Assembly (NCBI GenBank): GCA_964016885.1
Contig: OZ024743.1
Span: 80,538,001-80,602,000, forward strand
Direction: 5' to 3'
DNA: 64,000 nucleotides
From: Eledone cirrhosa
Lineage: Eukaryota
The position numbers and the translations under genes were made by a program. Positions within the stretch are counted from its first letter, which is position 1, and the number at the start of each line of letters is the position of its first letter. Under the pieces are notes generated by a model that saw only the letters and a list, made by a program, of their open reading frames with translations, was not told the origin of the DNA and made no database searches. This document shows positions 59,890-64,000 of this stretch, piece by piece.

Positions 59890-60644
59890 TATTGAGAGAG
59901 AGAGTCTTTGACTAAAGTTTGATAAATTATAAAACCTCCATCAGTTTACTAATATTCCGGTGGGCTTGGGGAGGTGTCGTTTTATGTATCTAATTGTTTT
60001 TTATTCTCCATATTCGAGTTAATTTTCCGGCATCTTCTTTTACGTACATACTTTAATAAATATCTTAAAAGAAGAGCGCAGTTATAAAGAAACGTATGTC
60101 AACTGTATAAAAGGAAAGGAAAAATAGCAACCGATCTTATGATTTGACCATGAAAATAACACTTTCATTACTCTTTCCATTGCCTACATTATCTACCTGG
60201 TGTAAGGAAGAAACCGATAGACAGATAGGACTAAGGAAACAATTCATTCATTAGTCTTCCCATTGCCAGTACTCTCTGTCGGTCAGAAGAAGTCAATTGT
60301 TACATTGGACCAAGAAATCAATAATTCCACTGGTCCTTCCATTGCTAATCTGTCGGTTGGAACTCCTGACAGGAGAAGGTGGGATGTAAAATTAAAACGC
60401 GCAGTCCGCTCTATACTACTATTATTACTGTTAATTTGCCCGCAACAACATTCACTCTTTTTAAATTTATCTAATTCCATATCAAACTAATTGTATGTTT
60501 TAGTTGTTAGTTATTTCCTCCATAGTCAATGAAAACACCATTTCATAATTGTTTCACCTTTTCATTAGCATATTTCGACGAAAAACACGGATAATGATTT
60601 TCAAATAATGTATTTTGGCCGATTTAGGAATGTAACTAACTCTC

Positions 60645-61125
60645 TCACTACTCAGCTAAGGCCAAGAAGACGAGCACATACCGGGGCTTCTCCAGTCGCT
60701 TCCTCTTCGTACCGCTCACCGTCGAGGCCTCAGGCGACCTCGGAACCCTTTCAGCCGAGCTCCTCCGCAAAACCGGAACAGCAGCAGTCCATCTGAGGAA
60801 GGAGCCCTACAATGTGGGGTGGCTGTTGCAGTGGGGTGGCTGTTGCAGTGGGCAATACTGGCCATTGTCTGAGAAAACACCGCCCCAACCTAGATGTAGA
60901 GTCAGTCATCCTCTTCTATTCCTCCTTTTCTTTCTTCCGTTGCCTAATAGTCTTTGCTCTTTCCCTCCTTTTCTTCTCATTCATGGCAGTTATAGTCCTT
61001 TCCTTTAATTTCCTATACAGCCAGGTCTGCTCTCCTTTACCCCTTCTCCTTTTTTCATTCATTAATTTTCTTTTTAATATTTTTTTTTATATTTTCCATC
61101 ATTCTATAACTTTTGTTCAATAAAT
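60645..61125 (+). mobile_element. CRE-like (restriction-like endonuclease) LINE 3' fragment
   Basis: Manual translation AKKTSTYRGFSSRFLFVPLTVEASGDLG..ELLRKTG..WLLQ..VAVAVGN; 3' end aataaa. Confidence 0.6.
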
Positions 61126-61514
61126 TCTGAAAAGCTGATGTTTGTATCCTTATTCCATAGAATTATGATGGAAGGTTGTAGATACATATAAACCTTCTAA
61201 TCCCTTTCATTATCATGTTTCTCCGAAAACACACTGTCTATGATTTTCAAAAAACATTGAAAATAATCAAATATTTAGAGAAATTTAGTAATATAATTAA
61301 TCTTAATCCATTATAATGCTGATGTTTGGAATGTAACTTAAGAAAGATTCTCATATAAAATTATAATAGAACATATTTATATAAATATAAACAGTTTAAA
61401 GTAAACAGTTGTTTATTGTAGAACCAATGGCGGTTTTAGGTTGTTTCCTATAAACATTGTTAACATATTTCGTTGTCTTCACGAAAGTGGTCGCCATGTT
61501 TCTTTCAATTTTGA

Positions 61515-61845
61515 CCTTGTTACATTTTTGCCTTTCATCCTTACAGGGTCGATAAAATAAAGTACCAGTAATGCACTGGTTAATTGCTGGCCTTGTGCCT
61601 AAAGTAGAAACAATTATTTATTATTTTCTTTTTGTGTGGGCGGTGGATTCGTAAGGGCGGTGGATTGGCAGTATCGGTAGAGGGTCAGACGCCATGCTTT
61701 CCAGCATAGTTACGACCCTTTACGATCTGAGTTCAAATTCCGCCGAGGTTGACTTTGCCTTTCATCCTTACGGGGTCGATAAAATAAAGTACCAGTAATG
61801 CACTGGGTAATTGCTGGCCTTGTGCCTAAAGTAGAAACAATTATT
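61515..61845 (+). mobile_element. Two tandem tRNA-SINE copies (partial + full)
   Basis: gcctttcatccttac.gggtcgataaaataaagtaccagtaatgcactgg occurs twice. Confidence 0.78.
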
Positions 61846-62138
61846 TTCTTTTTGTGTTTTGTTACTTTTTTATTGATATTGTTGTTGTTGTTGTTGTTGT
61901 TGTAGTCGTTAATATTGCTGTTGTTGTTGTTGTCGTAGTCGTTATCATTGTTGTGATTGTTGTTGCTGTTGTTACTGCTGCCGTATTTGTTTTAACTGCT
62001 GTTGTAGTCGTTGTTAATATTGTTGTTGTTGTGGTTGTTACTACTATTGTTGTTCTTATTTATATTATTTTCACTATTGATGTTGTTGTCGCTGTTTATT
62101 ATTTGTTGCTGCTCTTGTAGTTATTGTACTTGTTGTTA

Positions 62139-62199
<61 letters not shown>

Positions 62200-62230
62200 G
62201 GTGGTGGTGGTGGTGGTGGTGGCGGCGGCG

Positions 62231-62268
<38 letters not shown>

Positions 62269-62302
62269 TGTTGTTGTTGTTGTTGTTGTTGTTGTTCCGT
62301 AC

Positions 62303-62399
62303 ACCATTCCCAACTCTAATCTCTGCTGCCATTCTATTCCATATTCTAATAAGCTCTGATAGAGACGCCTTATGTATTTCCGCTTCCGGGTAATCTGAC
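62303..62399 (-). CDS. Candidate internal host exon of unknown gene
   Basis: Polypyrimidine acceptor tctcttttgtagttcttcctacag; open frame SDYPEAEIHKASLSELIRIWNRMAAEIRVGNG; donor gtacgg; non-repetitive sequence. Confidence 0.35.
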
Positions 62400-62569
62400 C
62401 TGTAGGAAGAACTACAAAAGAGAACGCCAAAGGTTAATGCATCTTGGGATAGCATGGCATTTCGTTGAACAATGAACCGCTAACACATCAAATAGAAACC
62501 TTTACACGTCTGACACTCTCTTGTATATATATATATATACACACATATATATACATATATATATACATA

Positions 62570-62646
<77 letters not shown>

Positions 62647-62744
62647 GTGTGTGTGTATGTATGTATATATAGATAGATATAGATATATGTACATCTGTAT
62701 ATATATATATTTATACATACGCACAGACACACATACACACTCTG

Positions 62745-62776
<32 letters not shown>

Positions 62777-62834
62777 GTGTGTATATATATATTTTATATA
62801 TATATATATGTACGTATATATATATATATGTATG

Positions 62835-62865
<31 letters not shown>

Positions 62866-62870
62866 GTATG

Positions 62871-62914
<44 letters not shown>

Positions 62915-62936
62915 TATATATGTATACATTTTATTA

Positions 62937-63095
<159 letters not shown>

Positions 63096-63194
63096 CGGAG
63101 GAATATATAAAGCTTTTAATAGGTATACACTGTGGAATTTTAGTTAAGATGTCGGTCATGATGATGAGGAGGTGTTGGAGGAGGACGGTGGTGA

Positions 63195-63258
<64 letters not shown>

Positions 63259-63834
63259 TAAATGCAAACATTGAAACCAACGTTATCTAAACTATAATAA
63301 AGTAAGAAGCGCGGGACTGCGTACGGTTTAAAATGTTCACATGTCAACACTTCCGGTTAAATAAACATATTAATTTTCTGTCACTAATTTTCTCCTAATG
63401 CAGTTTATATATATAATATCGTCTTTTTTTAATGTATCATGGATTACGTTACTGATTACATAAGAGAGTCTAACACAGACTTCGTTCAATTTCTGTGTAT
63501 ATTGTCAATTACGATTTTAGTTGATGTATCATATCTACATGTATATATACTTGCGTATAATATCAATATACACACTACAATGGCTAGCAAAAAACCACCA
63601 AGGAGATGTGAAACACTGCATTGATGTACATAAACCACAGCTGAAACAATCTCTTCTTTGAGTTTAACTGATTGTTTATCAATACTAGAACTATTGTGGA
63701 ATCTGAACTGTTGGAATGGGATTAGTTTCCCAAAAAATTACCTTATAATCAACTCTCAGAACATTTTTTTTCTTTTTCATCATTCACAAACATTTATTTA
63801 CAATAGTTTTATAACTTTGCCTATTAATCCGTAT

Positions 63835-64000
63835 GGTGAGCAAATGGGGTCCCACGTGCTGGCCTCTCCACAACCCCGGCGGACAGGATGGAGAAGGCGT
63901 TTCCCCGAGGATGATAAGGGAGATGCGCTGGAAGAGTTTCGCGAGGCTCACACCTAAGGCAGGTAGCCAGGTCTGTGCCTATGGTGGTGAATAGGGAGGT
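63835..64000 (-). mobile_element. CRE-like LINE 3' fragment running off the window edge
   Basis: Minus: LFTTIGTDLA..EPRE..LFQRISLIIL(R)GNAFSIL, matching the RLE C-terminal QRxS..RGNA pattern. Confidence 0.6.

Overview
AT-rich, microsatellite-saturated eukaryotic DNA with no complete host gene. The SINE and repeat content resembles cephalopod (Octopus-like) genomes; this is an inference from recalled repeat sequences. Nearly all long ORFs in the track are simple-repeat artefacts. Real coding content is decayed retroelements: two tandem Tx1/L1-clade LINEs in an (ATCT)n tract, both missing the YADD motif; at least five Penelope-like element (PLE) RT/GIY-YIG remnants; and CR1, RTE-like and CRE-like 3' fragments. 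There are also tRNA-SINEs, two MITEs and a 200-N gap. The main unexplained signal is about 25 intact or decayed type I hammerhead ribozyme (HHR) motifs from about 10 families. They sit in short non-coding elements inserted in (TA)n tracts and take two forms: head-to-head fold-back palindromes with an HHR on each strand, and 515-630 nt terminally redundant, retrozyme-like units whose junctions share the motif TATATTTA. A fragment of a DAZAP1/Hrp48-like RRM sequence shows the same fold-back signature, suggesting this machinery also copies host RNA. All RNA folds were assigned by eye and need computational and in vitro confirmation.
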